DNA of 64,000 nucleotides from NCBI RefSeq assembly GCF_054482595.1, contig NZ_CM137008.1; one strand, 5' to 3'. Shown piece by piece: positions 63,802 to 64,000 of this stretch (position 1 is its first letter; each line of letters starts with the position of its first letter). The notes under the pieces were generated by a model. It saw only the letters and a program-made list of their open reading frames with translations, ran no database searches and was not told where the DNA came from. The position numbers and the translations under genes were made by a program.

Positions 63802-64000
63802 AGTGTTGGCACGCAGCAATACGCTGTCGTGGCTTGTTGTGGCCAACATGGTCAGAATGTCCTCTGTGAGATTTATGAAGGTTGTGCGAATGCGGGGGAA
63901 TCTGCTGAACGGTGCTTTCAGAGCTGGCCTGCTACGGGATACCCGGGATTACCTGCGAGGTAATGGGCTTCCGGATCGCACACCTCACGACGATCGCAGG

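Larger units (their letters stand above)
62060..64000 (+). mobile_element. Second IS66-family element, distinct from the first, degenerate and running off the window
   Basis: orf1, then orf2 read through in-frame into the tnpC 5-prime region, then tnpC main body in another frame with an aberrant C-terminus. Confidence 0.65.

Overview
The window reads as an Escherichia coli / Shigella-type chromosome segment, heavily mosaic and IS-scarred. All calls rest on reading the six-frame translations and the DNA by eye; no database search or computation was run.

Layout: (1) 1-8.7 kb: the 3-prime part of a type II secretion operon, gspD (5-prime partial) through gspM, with overlapping stop/start codons. 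(2) 8.84-8.91 kb: a terminator plus a 22-nt tRNA-Phe 3-prime-end remnant, which looks like the attachment-site repeat at the edge of a pheV-type integrated island. (3) 9-19 kb: a CP4-44/CP4-57-like module on the minus strand (yeeP-like GTPase, antigen 43 with a three-GATC switch upstream, DUF932, antirestriction, RadC-like, YeeT, CbeA/CbtA toxin-antitoxin, plus extra ORFs). (4) 19-33 kb: visibly AT-rich cargo with ORFans (DUF2971-like protein, a TM/coiled-coil protein, AlpA with a C10 tract, an IS2 with 5-bp target duplication splitting an ORF, an ORF-poor repeat-rich segment, three Rep-like paralogs, a tandem Cys-rich pair). (5) 33.4-35.5 kb: IS21 fragment and an ISL3-family element. (6) 35.8-38.9 kb: GntR regulator, amidohydrolase, MFS transporter. 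(7) 38.9-46.7 kb: citCDEFXG followed directly by acnB, a non-K-12 synteny with very short junctions. (8) 47-58 kb: IS66 fragments, a decayed garD, agaR, a kbaZ/kbaY deletion-fusion, a PTS EIICB + MalY-like lyase + exported glycosidase module, and an rsmI fragment. (9) 58.3-62 kb: M20 hydrolase, DcuC-like transporter, LysR regulator. (10) 62-64 kb: a second, distinct and degenerate IS66-family element.

No CRISPR array, rRNA or intact tRNA was seen. The best candidates for something undescribed are the AT-rich ORFan modules at 19.2-21.7 kb and 29.3-33.1 kb and the repeat-rich ORF-free segment at 27.85-29.26 kb; none can be assigned a function from sequence alone.
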